Counted from the first letter of the stretch, positions 17,710-26,697 are shown. The stretch is 64,000 bases of DNA from Truepera sp. (GCA_965218435.1 CBDCKW010000009.1:2048001-2112000); one strand, 5' to 3'. Numbers and translations are program-made. The notes: generated from the sequence alone by a model not told the origin.

Positions 17710-18301
17710 CGACCACAACATGCTAGAAGCTCAGCTTCGTGAGGTCTACGGGCGCATCGTTTACACGCACAAGACCCACGAAAAGATGGCTGACCTCCTC
17801 ACGTCTAGATACAACGTGACTCAGTGGATTCAAACGATTTTGTCTGGCCTGACGACCACTAGCTTGCTAGTCGTCATATTTGGCAATTCGGAGATGGGCG
17901 CTGTTATCGCAGCCTTTCTTTCGGCCTTTCTATTCATGGTCAACCTTTATCTACAGAACAATAATCTAGGCCAAAGAGTCGAGCGGCATACGGAAGTCGC
18001 GGCGGTCTTATGGGGCATCCGGGAAAGCTATCTAACGCTCATCACCGACTTACTAACCCCTGTCCCAAACATTGATTACATCAAGGCGGAACGGGATAGG
18101 TTACAAGACATAAGTGAAAGGGTATTTCGCAACGCGCCGCGTACCAATGCAAAGGCATATAGGTTGGCTCAAAATGCCTTGAAAAATAATGAGGAACTTA
18201 CCTTCAGTGAAGACGAGCTCGACCTATTGTTGCCGGAAGAGTTGAGGAAAGGTAAGCGCAGAAAGAGGATGAGTAACAGCGACACTGAACAGCCCAGCTG
18301 A
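17687..18301 (+). CDS. SLATT-family 2TM effector
   Basis: QLREVYGRIVYTHKTHEK, two TM helices, LWGIRESYL, APRT; overlaps the NTase stop; GTG start inferred. Confidence 0.82.
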   Translation: MTISHSPNDHNMLEAQLREVYGRIVYTHKTHEKMADLLTSRYNVTQWIQTILSGLTTTSLLVVIFGNSEMGAVIAAFLSAFLFMVNLYLQNNNLGQRVERHTEVAAVLWGIRESYLTLITDLLTPVPNIDYIKAERDRLQDISERVFRNAPRTNAKAYRLAQNALKNNEELTFSEDELDLLLPEELRKGKRRKRMSNSDTEQPS

Positions 18302-18386
18302 TGAGTCATCACACTTAACGGCAAGTCTAGTAGTGGCGCTTGCAACCATACCTACTATGTTGAACAAACAAGCTAACGGAAGGTGT

Positions 18387-18410
18387 TAAAACCCCGGCGA
18401 ATACCGGGGC
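18387..18410 (-). terminator. Intrinsic terminator of the leftward small-gene operon
   Basis: CCCCGG-6nt-CCGGGG preceded by AAAA. Confidence 0.6.
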
Positions 18411-18430
18411 TACTTCGTTTTGCAAGCAGT

Positions 18431-18763
18431 TCAGGCCGCTTCTCTAAAGGGCTCGAGTGCCCTCATCTGATACCGGGCTAAATCCCACTCTAGCCGTGCT
18501 CCCTCATACGCGCATAGGGCCTCTGTCAGCGCGTCTTCAGCTTCAGCGAGCGCGGTGTACTCAGCACTCAGCTCGAGCCGTAGCTTAGCCGTCCGCTCCC
18601 GTTCATTCTTACCGTCTACCCCGGCGCACAGTTTCAGGGCTTCAGCGTGCTCGAGCGTCCGCTTGGCTTCAGCGTGAGCAGTGACCGAGCCGCACAGGTT
18701 GATTTGAGCATCCTCTAAACCGTTCTTAGCGCAGCGCAGTTGGGAGAGAAGAGTGGCGCTCAC
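18431..18763 (-). CDS. Phage-like coiled-coil hypothetical protein
   Basis: GVDGKNERERTAKL; GTGA overlap with the upstream gene. Confidence 0.6.
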   Translation of the reverse strand: MSATLLSQLRCAKNGLEDAQINLCGSVTAHAEAKRTLEHAEALKLCAGVDGKNERERTAKLRLELSAEYTALAEAEDALTEALCAYEGARLEWDLARYQMRALEPFREAA

Positions 18764-18951
18764 GCCGCCTCTCCCCAAAAATCATAGTCAGGTACTTCGT
18801 CTTGGATGATTGGAGGCAGTTCATCACCTGTGCCACCCGAAGGGTCGGTATCTGCCCCGTCGTCTTCAGCTGCCAACTCTGCGTAAAGCGCCTGTAAATC
18901 CTCTTCACGGTCGCTGTACATCTCGACATCTACAAAGTAGAAGGGGCTCAT
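18760..18951 (-). CDS. Small acidic hypothetical protein
   Basis: TAATG coupling upstream; ends in GEAA, which supplies the next RBS. Confidence 0.55.
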   Translation of the reverse strand: MSPFYFVDVEMYSDREEDLQALYAELAAEDDGADTDPSGGTGDELPPIIQDEVPDYDFWGEAA

Positions 18952-19157
18952 TACAGAGCCCGTCCCGCAACGCGTACCGCTGCTTTGATGGTGCTGTGCT
19001 TGGACACAAGGTTAAAAGCTGAGTCAAAAACCTCCCAGACCGTGCCCCAAGTTTGGAGGCAACCGACGACTTCAGCGCCGCGCATGAGGTCATACGCCTT
19101 AACGGGGGTGCGGTAGCTTGCGCCGTCTTGCTTGTGGAGGGTGATGGTATTGTTCAC
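18951..19157 (-). CDS. Small hypothetical protein, first gene of the leftward operon
   Basis: GGAG RBS; downstream of a near-consensus promoter. Confidence 0.6.
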   Translation of the reverse strand: MNNTITLHKQDGASYRTPVKAYDLMRGAEVVGCLQTWGTVWEVFDSAFNLVSKHSTIKAAVRVAGRAL

Positions 19158-19218
19158 TTTAGAACTCCGTTTCTAGTTAGAGGCTGTACTTTTCGAGGGT
19201 CTGCCTCTAACTGCCTTT

Positions 19219-19247
19219 AGTTTATCAGGTATCGGCTAAACTGTCAA
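19219..19247 (-). promoter_or_regulatory. Strong sigma70-type leftward promoter
   Basis: TTGACA-17bp-TAAACT with TG extension. Confidence 0.75.
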
Positions 19248-19285
19248 GCATGTACAGCTTAAGCTAAATGTGCTAAGCTACTAAT

Positions 19286-19624
19286 ATGAAATGGAAACTG
19301 AAAGACTACTTAGAGCAACACGACATCACCGCACATCAATTGGCCCTCGAGTCAAAGCTCAGTCTGAACAGTGTTTACCCGGCAGTCCGGGGGCAAGCCG
19401 AGCGTGTCAGTTTGGCAACGCTTGACCGGATGCTTACGGCGCTCGACAAGCTGACGGGTGAGCGGGCAGAGCTGGGGGATGTACTTGAGCGAGAAGATGA
19501 CGCTTATGAGTTTCCGGGTGAGGTTCCAGCGGACATCCGCGAACGAATAGAACGATTTGAACGGGGTGAAGTGAAGCTTATCCCAGCTGCGGATATTGCC
19601 GCCAAATACGGCGTCAAACGTTGA
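19286..19624 (+). CDS. Cro/C1 HTH repressor with antitoxin-like C-terminal tail
   Basis: WKLKDYLEQHDITAHQLA HTH; C-terminus IERFERGEVKLIPAADIAAKYG; overlaps relE. Confidence 0.8.
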   Translation: MKWKLKDYLEQHDITAHQLALESKLSLNSVYPAVRGQAERVSLATLDRMLTALDKLTGERAELGDVLEREDDAYEFPGEVPADIRERIERFERGEVKLIPAADIAAKYGVKR

Positions 19625-19929
19625 CTTATGAGGTCATCTTCACCGATGAGGTAGATAGAGACTTAGAGGCGATTACCGATGTACGAACCCGTAACGCAGT
19701 CATTCGTAAAGCTCTTGACCTCGACACCGAACCCGACAAGCAAGGAAAAACGCTAGGCGGCAATCTAGCAGCTTACCGGGTCGTCAGAGCCGCAGGGCAA
19801 CGCTACCGGGTGGTCTATCAGATAGCGAGTCTCGAGGGTGTGGTCACTGTGGTGGTGGTAGGTATCCGCAAAGAAGGCGACAAGAGAGACGTGTACCGAG
19901 TAGCGAGCAAACGGTTAGGAAAGGGGTAA
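19621..19929 (+). CDS. RelE/ParE family toxin
   Basis: YEVIFT, QGKTLGGNL..YR, QRYRVVYQI, VVGIRKEG. Confidence 0.85.
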   Translation: MTYEVIFTDEVDRDLEAITDVRTRNAVIRKALDLDTEPDKQGKTLGGNLAAYRVVRAAGQRYRVVYQIASLEGVVTVVVVGIRKEGDKRDVYRVASKRLGKG

Positions 19930-19931
19930 CG

Positions 19932-21125
19932 ATGCCAAGACGTAAGAGCACGAGACGCGGTAAGGGTGAGGGTTCTGTCTTTGAGTTTGAACGGAATTAC
20001 AAAAAGCAAGACGGCTCTATCGTCGTCCGTTCCGGCTGGGAGGGTAAGGTTACGGTCGGTTATGACGAAAACGGTAAGCAACGTTTCAAGAGCGTGTATG
20101 GCAAAACGCAGAATGAAGCTCTAGCTAAAATTGCTGAGATTAAACAGCGTCTTATGAACGGCACCTATTCAGATACCAAGTTGACGGTCGCCGAATACCT
20201 TGAGCAGTGGTTAAGAGAGAAAGAGCGCAGCGTCAAGGAACGAACAGCGATGCTCTACCGGGAACAAGCCGAGCGGTACGTTATCCGCAAGATAGGCAGT
20301 GTCAAGCTCGAGAAGCTCACGCCCTTACACCTTCAGCGGATGATTAGCGAACTCGCTGACGAAATCGGCGTCCCGACCGCGAACAAAGCCCGCACCCTGA
20401 TGTTCGCCGCGTTAAAGCAAGCGGTGCGGTGGCAGCTCATTCACCGGAACCCATGTGAAGCTGTCGCTAAGCTTAAAGAGACCCGTAAAGAGATGACGCT
20501 ATGGACGCCCGCCGAAACCTTGAAGTTCTTAGGAGCGGCCCGACCCCACCGTTTATACGCCGCGTTCTATCTGGCTGTGTTTGCCGGACTCCGTAGAGGT
20601 GAGCTGTTAGGGCTACGTTGGAAAGACCTCACCGGCCCCGTGCTGAGCGTCAAGCAATCCCTGACCGTCTTAGGCGGTACACCGCACTTCACAACACCCA
20701 AGACCCGTAAAGGTGAGCGGCACATCACCGTCTCCCCTGACGTGCTCGAGGTACTCGCACAGCACCGGCTGATTCAAGAGGCAGAGGCTAAAGCTTTAGG
20801 CGACGCCTGGACAGATTCCGGGCTCATCTTTGCAACTGAAGTTGGAACGCTCATTCACCCCCGGAACTTTGAACGCACATTCAAAGACCTGCTTAAGACT
20901 GCCGACGTAACGAAGGCCCGGTTGCACGACCTGAGACACTTGCACGTCTCGCTACTCGTTTCTAAAGGGTTTGACCCGCGTTCAATCGCCGACCGGGTAG
21001 GCCATACGAACCCGAGCTTCACAATGGACGTGTACAGCCATATGTTTGCAACGCAGAGAGCGCAGGCCGCTGTCGGCATGGCTGACCTACTCGGAACCGA
21101 CGCGAGACAGGAAAAACTGAATTAA
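19932..21125 (+). CDS. Tyrosine integrase (intact)
   Basis: GLRRGE, PKT, HDLRH, VGH, YSH catalytic set; N-terminal arm-binding domain; next to att. Confidence 0.95.
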   Translation: MPRRKSTRRGKGEGSVFEFERNYKKQDGSIVVRSGWEGKVTVGYDENGKQRFKSVYGKTQNEALAKIAEIKQRLMNGTYSDTKLTVAEYLEQWLREKERSVKERTAMLYREQAERYVIRKIGSVKLEKLTPLHLQRMISELADEIGVPTANKARTLMFAALKQAVRWQLIHRNPCEAVAKLKETRKEMTLWTPAETLKFLGAARPHRLYAAFYLAVFAGLRRGELLGLRWKDLTGPVLSVKQSLTVLGGTPHFTTPKTRKGERHITVSPDVLEVLAQHRLIQEAEAKALGDAWTDSGLIFATEVGTLIHPRNFERTFKDLLKTADVTKARLHDLRHLHVSLLVSKGFDPRSIADRVGHTNPSFTMDVYSHMFATQRAQAAVGMADLLGTDARQEKLN

Positions 21126-21128
21126 ACC

Positions 21129-21154
21129 CTGTAGGTGTAATTAAGGTGTAAACC
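21129..21154 (+). repeat. Putative integrase arm-type sites (right end)
   Basis: ctgtAGGTGTAAttaAGGTGTAAacc. Confidence 0.65.
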
Positions 21155-21167
21155 GGCACACAAGAGA

Positions 21168-21198
21168 AGCGCCCCACACTTAGCGGGGCGCTCTTTTT
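21168..21198. terminator. Hairpin between the integrase and the tRNA
   Basis: AGCGCCCC-9nt-GGGGCGCT-CTTTTT. Confidence 0.65.
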
Positions 21199-21219
21199 GC
21201 GTCTCTGACGGCTTTTCTT

Positions 21220-21296
21220 TGGTAGCGATGAAGAGACTTGAACTCTTGACCTCACGATTATGAGTCGTGCGCTCTAACCAGCTGAGCTACATCGCC
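21220..21296 (-). tRNA. tRNA with CAT anticodon (probably elongator tRNA-Met)
   Basis: GGCGATGTAGCTCAGCTGGTTAGAGCGCACGA-CTCATAA-TCGTGAGGTCAAGAGTTCAAGTCTCTTCATCGCTACCA. Confidence 0.95.
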
Positions 21297-21677
21297 ACAC
21301 AGCAGTAGCAGCTTCAAACCTCTCGAGACACCTTAATCTCTGACGGTTTGACCACAGAAGATGCTATCACTCAGGTTCGGAGCCTTGCAAGTCACTTAAA
21401 GCTCGAGAAACCCAAAAAACGTCTCACTTGTCTGAGCGGGACGCGCACCAACTCCCTGGCGGGCGCAATATCTAAGCACAAACAATCTTTGATGGGCGCG
21501 TTTACGAGCAACCTCGAGTCGGCAAAACGCTCCGCCGCACCGATAGCACTAAAAACTTTTCACCACATTTCTTGAATACTTTATTAGGAGCAAAGCGTGT
21601 ATGTCGCTTTCACTTGCATTACCTAATCATTTAAGGTACCATGACATATAAAAATTCTACCGCTCCCGGAGGTTATA

Positions 21678-22724
21678 ATGGACAGCCAGAGACAGAAGAG
21701 CCTAGAGACGACCCTCACACAGATCGAGAAACAGTTCGGCAAAGGGGCGATCATGCGCCTCGGCGACGACCGCACCATGTTAAGCCAAGGCGTCATCTCG
21801 ACCGGCTCGATGTCGGTTGACTTAGCCTTAGGCGTCGGGGGCGTCCCCCGTGGCCGCATCATCGAAGTCTATGGTCCCGAGTCCGGCGGCAAGACCACCT
21901 TAAGCTTACATATTATCGCCGAAGCGCAAAAAGCCGGGGGCGTGGCCGCGTTTGTCGACGCGGAACACGCCTTAGACCCCGGCTACGCCAAAGCCTTAGG
22001 CGTCGATACCGACGAGCTGTTAGTTTCCCAACCCGACACCGGCGAGCAAGCCTTAGAGATTACCGAACTGCTGGTAAGAAGTGGGGCGGTAGACGTTATC
22101 GTGGTTGACTCCGTAGCGGCGCTTGTCCCCAGGGCGGAGATCGAAGGCGAAATGGGCGACACCCACGTCGGCTTACAAGCCCGCTTGATGAGTCAAGCGT
22201 TGCGGAAGCTGACCGGGGTGTTATCCAAAAGTCACACCACGGCGATCTTTATCAACCAGATTCGGGAAAAGATCGGGGTGATGTACGGCAACCCCGAAAC
22301 GACCCCCGGAGGACGCGCGTTAAAGTTCTATTCGTCCGTGCGGATGGAAGTGCGGCGTAAAGGGGACGTCAAGTCGGGGACTGACAAAGTGGGCAACCAA
22401 ACGCGGATCAAAGTCACCAAGAACAAAGTCGCCCCGCCGTTTAAGGAAGCGGAAGTCGAGATTATGTTTGGCCGGGGGATTGACAAAGTGGGCGACCTGA
22501 TCAACATTGCTTCGGACCTAGACATCATCCAGAAGTCGGGTTCGTTTTACAAGTATGACGGCGTGACCATCGGCCAGGGTAAAGAAAAAGCTTCGGCTTA
22601 CCTCTTAGACCAACCCGGACTTATTGAGCAGATTAGGGAGAGGGTCGTAGGGGTCGTCAGTGGTAAGGGGGCCGAAGAAGATGAACCCGGCGTGCAGCAG
22701 AGCCCTATGGGTGAACTAGGCTAA
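21678..22724 (+). CDS. recA: Recombinase A
   Basis: [38 protein letters not shown]. Confidence 0.99.
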   Translation: MDSQRQKSLETTLTQIEKQFGKGAIMRLGDDRTMLSQGVISTGSMSVDLALGVGGVPRGRIIEVYGPESGGKTTLSLHIIAEAQKAGGVAAFVDAEHALDPGYAKALGVDTDELLVSQPDTGEQALEITELLVRSGAVDVIVVDSVAALVPRAEIEGEMGDTHVGLQARLMSQALRKLTGVLSKSHTTAIFINQIREKIGVMYGNPETTPGGRALKFYSSVRMEVRRKGDVKSGTDKVGNQTRIKVTKNKVAPPFKEAEVEIMFGRGIDKVGDLINIASDLDIIQKSGSFYKYDGVTIGQGKEKASAYLLDQPGLIEQIRERVVGVVSGKGAEEDEPGVQQSPMGELG

Positions 22725-22725
22725 C

Positions 22726-22947
22726 GTGACCCGCAGCGACCTCAGAGAGGTGCTCAGCTACGCCCTCGGCGGCGAGGCTCCAGAGCGGTTTGTCGAGCGT
22801 TTGGTGTCGCGCCGCGAATGGGACAGTGAGTTTGAGGCGAGGCTCGAGGCCCTCGCCTACGAACTCCGCCCCGACCTAGCCGTGTGGGAAGTTGAGGTAG
22901 ACGAGCAAGGTCACTTTCAAGAACGCCGGGTGCCGCTGCTCGAGTAG
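22726..22947 (+). CDS. Small hypothetical protein after recA
   Basis: Starts 1 nt after the recA stop; host-like codon usage. Confidence 0.6.
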   Translation: MTRSDLREVLSYALGGEAPERFVERLVSRREWDSEFEARLEALAYELRPDLAVWEVEVDEQGHFQERRVPLLE

Positions 22948-22970
22948 CACTTTAGTCTAAGGAGCAAACG

Positions 22971-23489
22971 ATGACTCAGAGCTCCGAACTCGGATTACTA
23001 CTCGAGTCTTTTAGCCGTAACGGACGAGTTAATGACGTTATCCTCAGCGCCCTTACCGAAGCAGACCTAAACTTAGCAGATGGGCAAGGCGGCTGGAATA
23101 TAGGTCAGCATTTAGGCCATCTGGCAGAGTTTCGTTATGGTTGGTTGAACTTTATCTCACCGCAGCACGCAGAGAACATCCCTTCAGTAGCCGAGGGCGA
23201 CCAGCAAAACTTTCGGCTGACGACGCAAAATCCGGCCGATCTCAAACAGGCATTTGCAGCGGGAGACGCGGCTGCGCTCGAGGCAGTTACAAGTGCGCTG
23301 AGGGAAAACCGTTCTTTTGAAGGAGCTTACAAAAGCCACCCCGCGCACTTTTTACAACACATCATCGTGCACGATTCACATCACCGGGGCCAGGTGATAA
23401 GCCTCCTCCGCCGGGGTAGTTGGACACGCGAGCAGCTCGGTACCCTCGATGACGCTACCTGGACGATTTGGAACGAGGCGCAAGATTAA
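22971..23489 (+). CDS. DinB family protein
   Basis: QHLGHL, HDSHHRGQ. Confidence 0.85.
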   Translation: MTQSSELGLLLESFSRNGRVNDVILSALTEADLNLADGQGGWNIGQHLGHLAEFRYGWLNFISPQHAENIPSVAEGDQQNFRLTTQNPADLKQAFAAGDAAALEAVTSALRENRSFEGAYKSHPAHFLQHIIVHDSHHRGQVISLLRRGSWTREQLGTLDDATWTIWNEAQD

Positions 23490-23515
23490 CTTTAAGCACA
23501 CATAAAGGAACTGAA

Positions 23516-24079
23516 ATGGCTGTTATTCTCCTTTTCCACCACGCCCAAGGCTTAACCGAAGGTATCAATGCGTTTGCCGAAGAGCTGCGCTCAGCTGGTC
23601 ACCATGTAACCGTCCCCGACCTCTATGACGGCCTCACTTTCCCTACCGTAGAAACCGGCGTAGAACACGCTAAAAACCTCGGCTTTGAGGCACTTCTCGC
23701 CGCCGGGGTAGCTGCTGCTGACGGCCTTCCAAACGGCGTAGTGTACGGCGGGTTTTCTTTGGGCCTAATGCCCGCTCAGAAACTTGCCCAACAACGCCCT
23801 GGCGCACGCAGCGCGCTGCTCTATCACGGCGGCATACCCGTTACCGAATTTGGTGAGGTTTGGCCGGACGGAGTACCGCTCCAAGCGCATGTAATGCGGG
23901 ACGACCCATGGGGCGACGTCGAGGACGTCAAGGAACTTGTAGCCCAGGCTGACGGAGAGTTGTTTCTTTACGAGGGTGACGCTCATTTGTTTACGGACAG
24001 TTCACTAGACGCTTATGACCCGGACGCAGCCAAGCTCGTGATGAAACGAACACTAGCGTTCCTCAACTCCCTCTCGTGA
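23516..24079 (+). CDS. Dienelactone hydrolase family protein
   Basis: LLFHHAQG, VPDLY, GFSLG, HLFTD. Confidence 0.85.
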   Translation: MAVILLFHHAQGLTEGINAFAEELRSAGHHVTVPDLYDGLTFPTVETGVEHAKNLGFEALLAAGVAAADGLPNGVVYGGFSLGLMPAQKLAQQRPGARSALLYHGGIPVTEFGEVWPDGVPLQAHVMRDDPWGDVEDVKELVAQADGELFLYEGDAHLFTDSSLDAYDPDAAKLVMKRTLAFLNSLS

Positions 24080-24223
24080 CAGGTCGTTCCCTGAGCGCGA
24101 GTTAGTTTGGAAAGTGCAAAAGGAGTTCAGCGTTTCTCTAGTCCCTACAAACTCTTGACAGCAAGAACGCTTTTACTTTTATAACGCGTTATCGGTCTTG
24201 ACTTACATCATCTGCGATAAGGT

Positions 24224-24763
24224 TTAATTCTTAGCGAGGGCACGCTCGAGTTCCCCCTTGTTCATCTTGCTCCGCCCCTTGATATCCCGTTTTTTCGCCT
24301 CGTCCATCAGTTCAGCTTTGGTCTTCTCCCCTGTTTGCGCTTTTTTACGGGCGAGCTTGGCTTCTACCGTATTTTCGACGTACTGTTTACCCTTTTTGTC
24401 TCCCTGCTTTTTCTTTTTCTCAGCCTCTTTTTTCTCTTTGTCAGTTAATGCGTCCCACGCTTTTTCCGGCAAGTAGCGTTTGGTGCTGCCGTCACTTTGG
24501 CGAGCATCGGCGCTGCCGTCTTCGGTCTGCCAGTTTTCATTCGTCCACGACTCTAAAGATTTGGCTGCGTCACTTTTGTCGCCCTTGTAACCGCCACCGT
24601 GCTTTTCGTATTCGTGAACCAAAAGCTGACTTTTACGGGCCGACCACTGCCCTTTTTTGCCCCCTTTAGATGATGCCTGGATGTCGTCTTTAAGCTTCCG
24701 GCGCAACTCAGGATCGGTATATTTTTCGTCGTAGTCATCTTGATGCTGTTCTTTACGGGCCAT
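24224..24763 (-). CDS. DUF5872-like basic protein with Rho-N-like tail
   Basis: KYTDPELR, GQWSARKSQL, RYLP, IKGRSKMNKGEL. Confidence 0.75.
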   Translation of the reverse strand: MARKEQHQDDYDEKYTDPELRRKLKDDIQASSKGGKKGQWSARKSQLLVHEYEKHGGGYKGDKSDAAKSLESWTNENWQTEDGSADARQSDGSTKRYLPEKAWDALTDKEKKEAEKKKKQGDKKGKQYVENTVEAKLARKKAQTGEKTKAELMDEAKKRDIKGRSKMNKGELERALAKN

Positions 24764-24871
24764 GCTAAAAGTTTAGAAGTCGGTACGGGTAAAAATCTGC
24801 GCGGTGCAGAACGGTTGCGCAACTAAATCTGTGAGACGATAGGCGCTATAGTAGCTCTGAGGAGGCACACC

Positions 24872-26002
24872 ATGAATCCACTCGAGAAACTCGCTACCTT
24901 CGGACAGTCCCCGTGGTTAGACGACCTGCGCCGCAGCTTGGTAACCGGCGGCGGATTGCAAGACCTGATTGACGACGGTTTAAGGGGACTAACGTCAAAC
25001 CCGGCTATCTTTGAGGCTGCCATCGCCAAAAGCAGCGACTACGACGACGCTATCCGGCAACTTGCTCAAGACGGCAAAAGTATCGAGGAAATCTACCGCA
25101 CCTTAACCGTTGAAGACGTACAGGGAGCCTGCGACCTCTTTCGCCCGCTTTACGATGAGACCGGTGGCGCGGACGGCTTTGTCTCTTACGAGGTTTCGCC
25201 GAAACTCGCCAACGACACAGGCGGCACCATCCAAGAAGCGCGCGAGTTGTGGCGAGTGATTGACCGTCCGAATGTGATGATCAAGGTTCCCGCGACGCAA
25301 GAGGGTCTACCGGCAATCCGGCAGCTGATCAGCGAGGGTATCAACGTCAACGTGACGCTGATCTTCGGCCTGCCACGGTACAAGCTCGTCGCGCAGGCGT
25401 ATATGGACGGGCTGCAAGACCGTTTGGCGCAGGACGGCAGCTTAGAGCACGTGGCGTCGGTGGCGAGCTTCTTTTTAAGCCGCGTGGATTCGCTGTTAGA
25501 CCCCAAACTCGAGGCCATTCAGCAAGAGGGCGGCGAGCGGGGCGAGCACGCCCAGAGCATTCTCGGTAAGGTCGCGGTTGCGAGCGCGAAGATGGCGTAT
25601 GTGGCGTACAAAGAGATTTTCGGGGGCGACGATTTTGCTAAACTCGCAGCGGAGGGCGCAAAACCGCAACGCCTGCTGTGGGCCAGCACCAGCACCAAAA
25701 ACCCCGAATATTCTGAAGACAAGTACGTCGAGCCTTTGATCGGTGACCCGACCGTTAATACAATGGCGCAAAAGACGCTGGACTATTACCGTGAGTCGGG
25801 TGAGCCTGCGGCGACGCTCGAGCAGGGCGCAGACGAAGCGGATAAGACCCTGAGTACGCTCGAGTCGTTAGGCATCAGTATTGACGAAGCGACGCAGCAG
25901 CTCGAGGACGAAGGTGTGGAGAAATTTGTCACCCCCTTTGGCAGTCTGATGGACACGCTCGCCAAAGCGCGCGACGAGGCGCTCGAAAAGCCGACCGCTT
26001 AA
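24872..26002 (+). CDS. tal: Transaldolase
   Basis: GQSPWLD, GLTSNP, MIKVPAT, LWASTSTK. Confidence 0.95.
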   Translation: MNPLEKLATFGQSPWLDDLRRSLVTGGGLQDLIDDGLRGLTSNPAIFEAAIAKSSDYDDAIRQLAQDGKSIEEIYRTLTVEDVQGACDLFRPLYDETGGADGFVSYEVSPKLANDTGGTIQEARELWRVIDRPNVMIKVPATQEGLPAIRQLISEGINVNVTLIFGLPRYKLVAQAYMDGLQDRLAQDGSLEHVASVASFFLSRVDSLLDPKLEAIQQEGGERGEHAQSILGKVAVASAKMAYVAYKEIFGGDDFAKLAAEGAKPQRLLWASTSTKNPEYSEDKYVEPLIGDPTVNTMAQKTLDYYRESGEPAATLEQGADEADKTLSTLESLGISIDEATQQLEDEGVEKFVTPFGSLMDTLAKARDEALEKPTA

Positions 26003-26042
26003 CGCATTAGCCGCTCTCACAAACGCTCACAGACAAGCGCGC

Positions 26043-26077
26043 CTCCTGCTTCTATCCTAAAAGCAGGAGGTTTTTTT
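26043..26077 (+). terminator. tal terminator overlapping the next gene's RBS
   Basis: CCTCCTGCTT-8nt-AAGCAGGAGG-T7. Confidence 0.7.
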
Positions 26078-26447
26078 GAAGCACTTGACTTACCAGGATA
26101 TTCGGCGGGCTTTCGTGTTGCTCGGCCTGCTTGTCCTCGCCGCTTGCGCCCCACAAACCAGCGTCGAGACCAATGTGCAACCCACGCTCTTTTCAGCTAC
26201 TGCGCCGGGTGAAGTTGGCGGCGAGTTAGTTTTGCAAGGGCGTTACTTCGGTGATGGTCAAGCCGGAAATAATTCGTATGTGGTTCTAGGTGCAGATATT
26301 AACGGTGACGGCGGTGGACGGATTAAAACAACGTCGTGGACGCCTTCACGTATCACGCTGGACGTTCCCAAAAATGTCGGTTACGGCTTCGTCTTTGTTT
26401 TTGTAGATGGCGTCAAAAGCAACGGTCTACCGGCTAATTTGCCCTAA
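26076..26447 (+). CDS. Lipoprotein with IPT/TIG-like domain
   Basis: LAAC lipobox, LQGRYFG, SW..SRI, VDGVKSN. Confidence 0.75.
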   Translation: MKHLTYQDIRRAFVLLGLLVLAACAPQTSVETNVQPTLFSATAPGEVGGELVLQGRYFGDGQAGNNSYVVLGADINGDGGGRIKTTSWTPSRITLDVPKNVGYGFVFVFVDGVKSNGLPANLP

Positions 26448-26471
26448 CGATTTGCCGTTAGAGCTGACAGT

Positions 26472-26504
26472 GAGCAGTGATGTGACGTCATTGCTCGTTT
26501 TTTT
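26472..26504 (+). terminator. Intrinsic terminator
   Basis: GAGCAGTGA-7nt-TCATTGCTC-G-T7. Confidence 0.65.
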
Positions 26505-26697
26505 GGCTGGCTTGACACGTTTAGAGACAGACGGACTCGGGCCAGTCTCAAACACGACGCATGTTCTTAAATGTGTGACAGCAGCACACGGCTTAAAGAA
26601 GTGGTTGTGCAGCTTTGACTTTGAACAAAACCATACCTCCTAAAGAACCTTTCCGAGGGACGCTTTTTAGCCCTGGCCGGGTGCTAGACTCGAGGTT

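Larger units (their letters stand above)
7564..21264. mobile_element. tRNA-integrated phage-satellite-like element (~13.6 kb)
   Basis: 57-bp att repeats, integrase, Xis-like HTH, primase, terminase genes, defence cargo; no recognisable virion genes. Confidence 0.9.

Noticed and set aside
21348..21677. RDRM/SOS box upstream of recA and the 75-aa ORF
   Set aside because: No convincing 17-bp palindrome; the ORF overlaps the tRNA promoter
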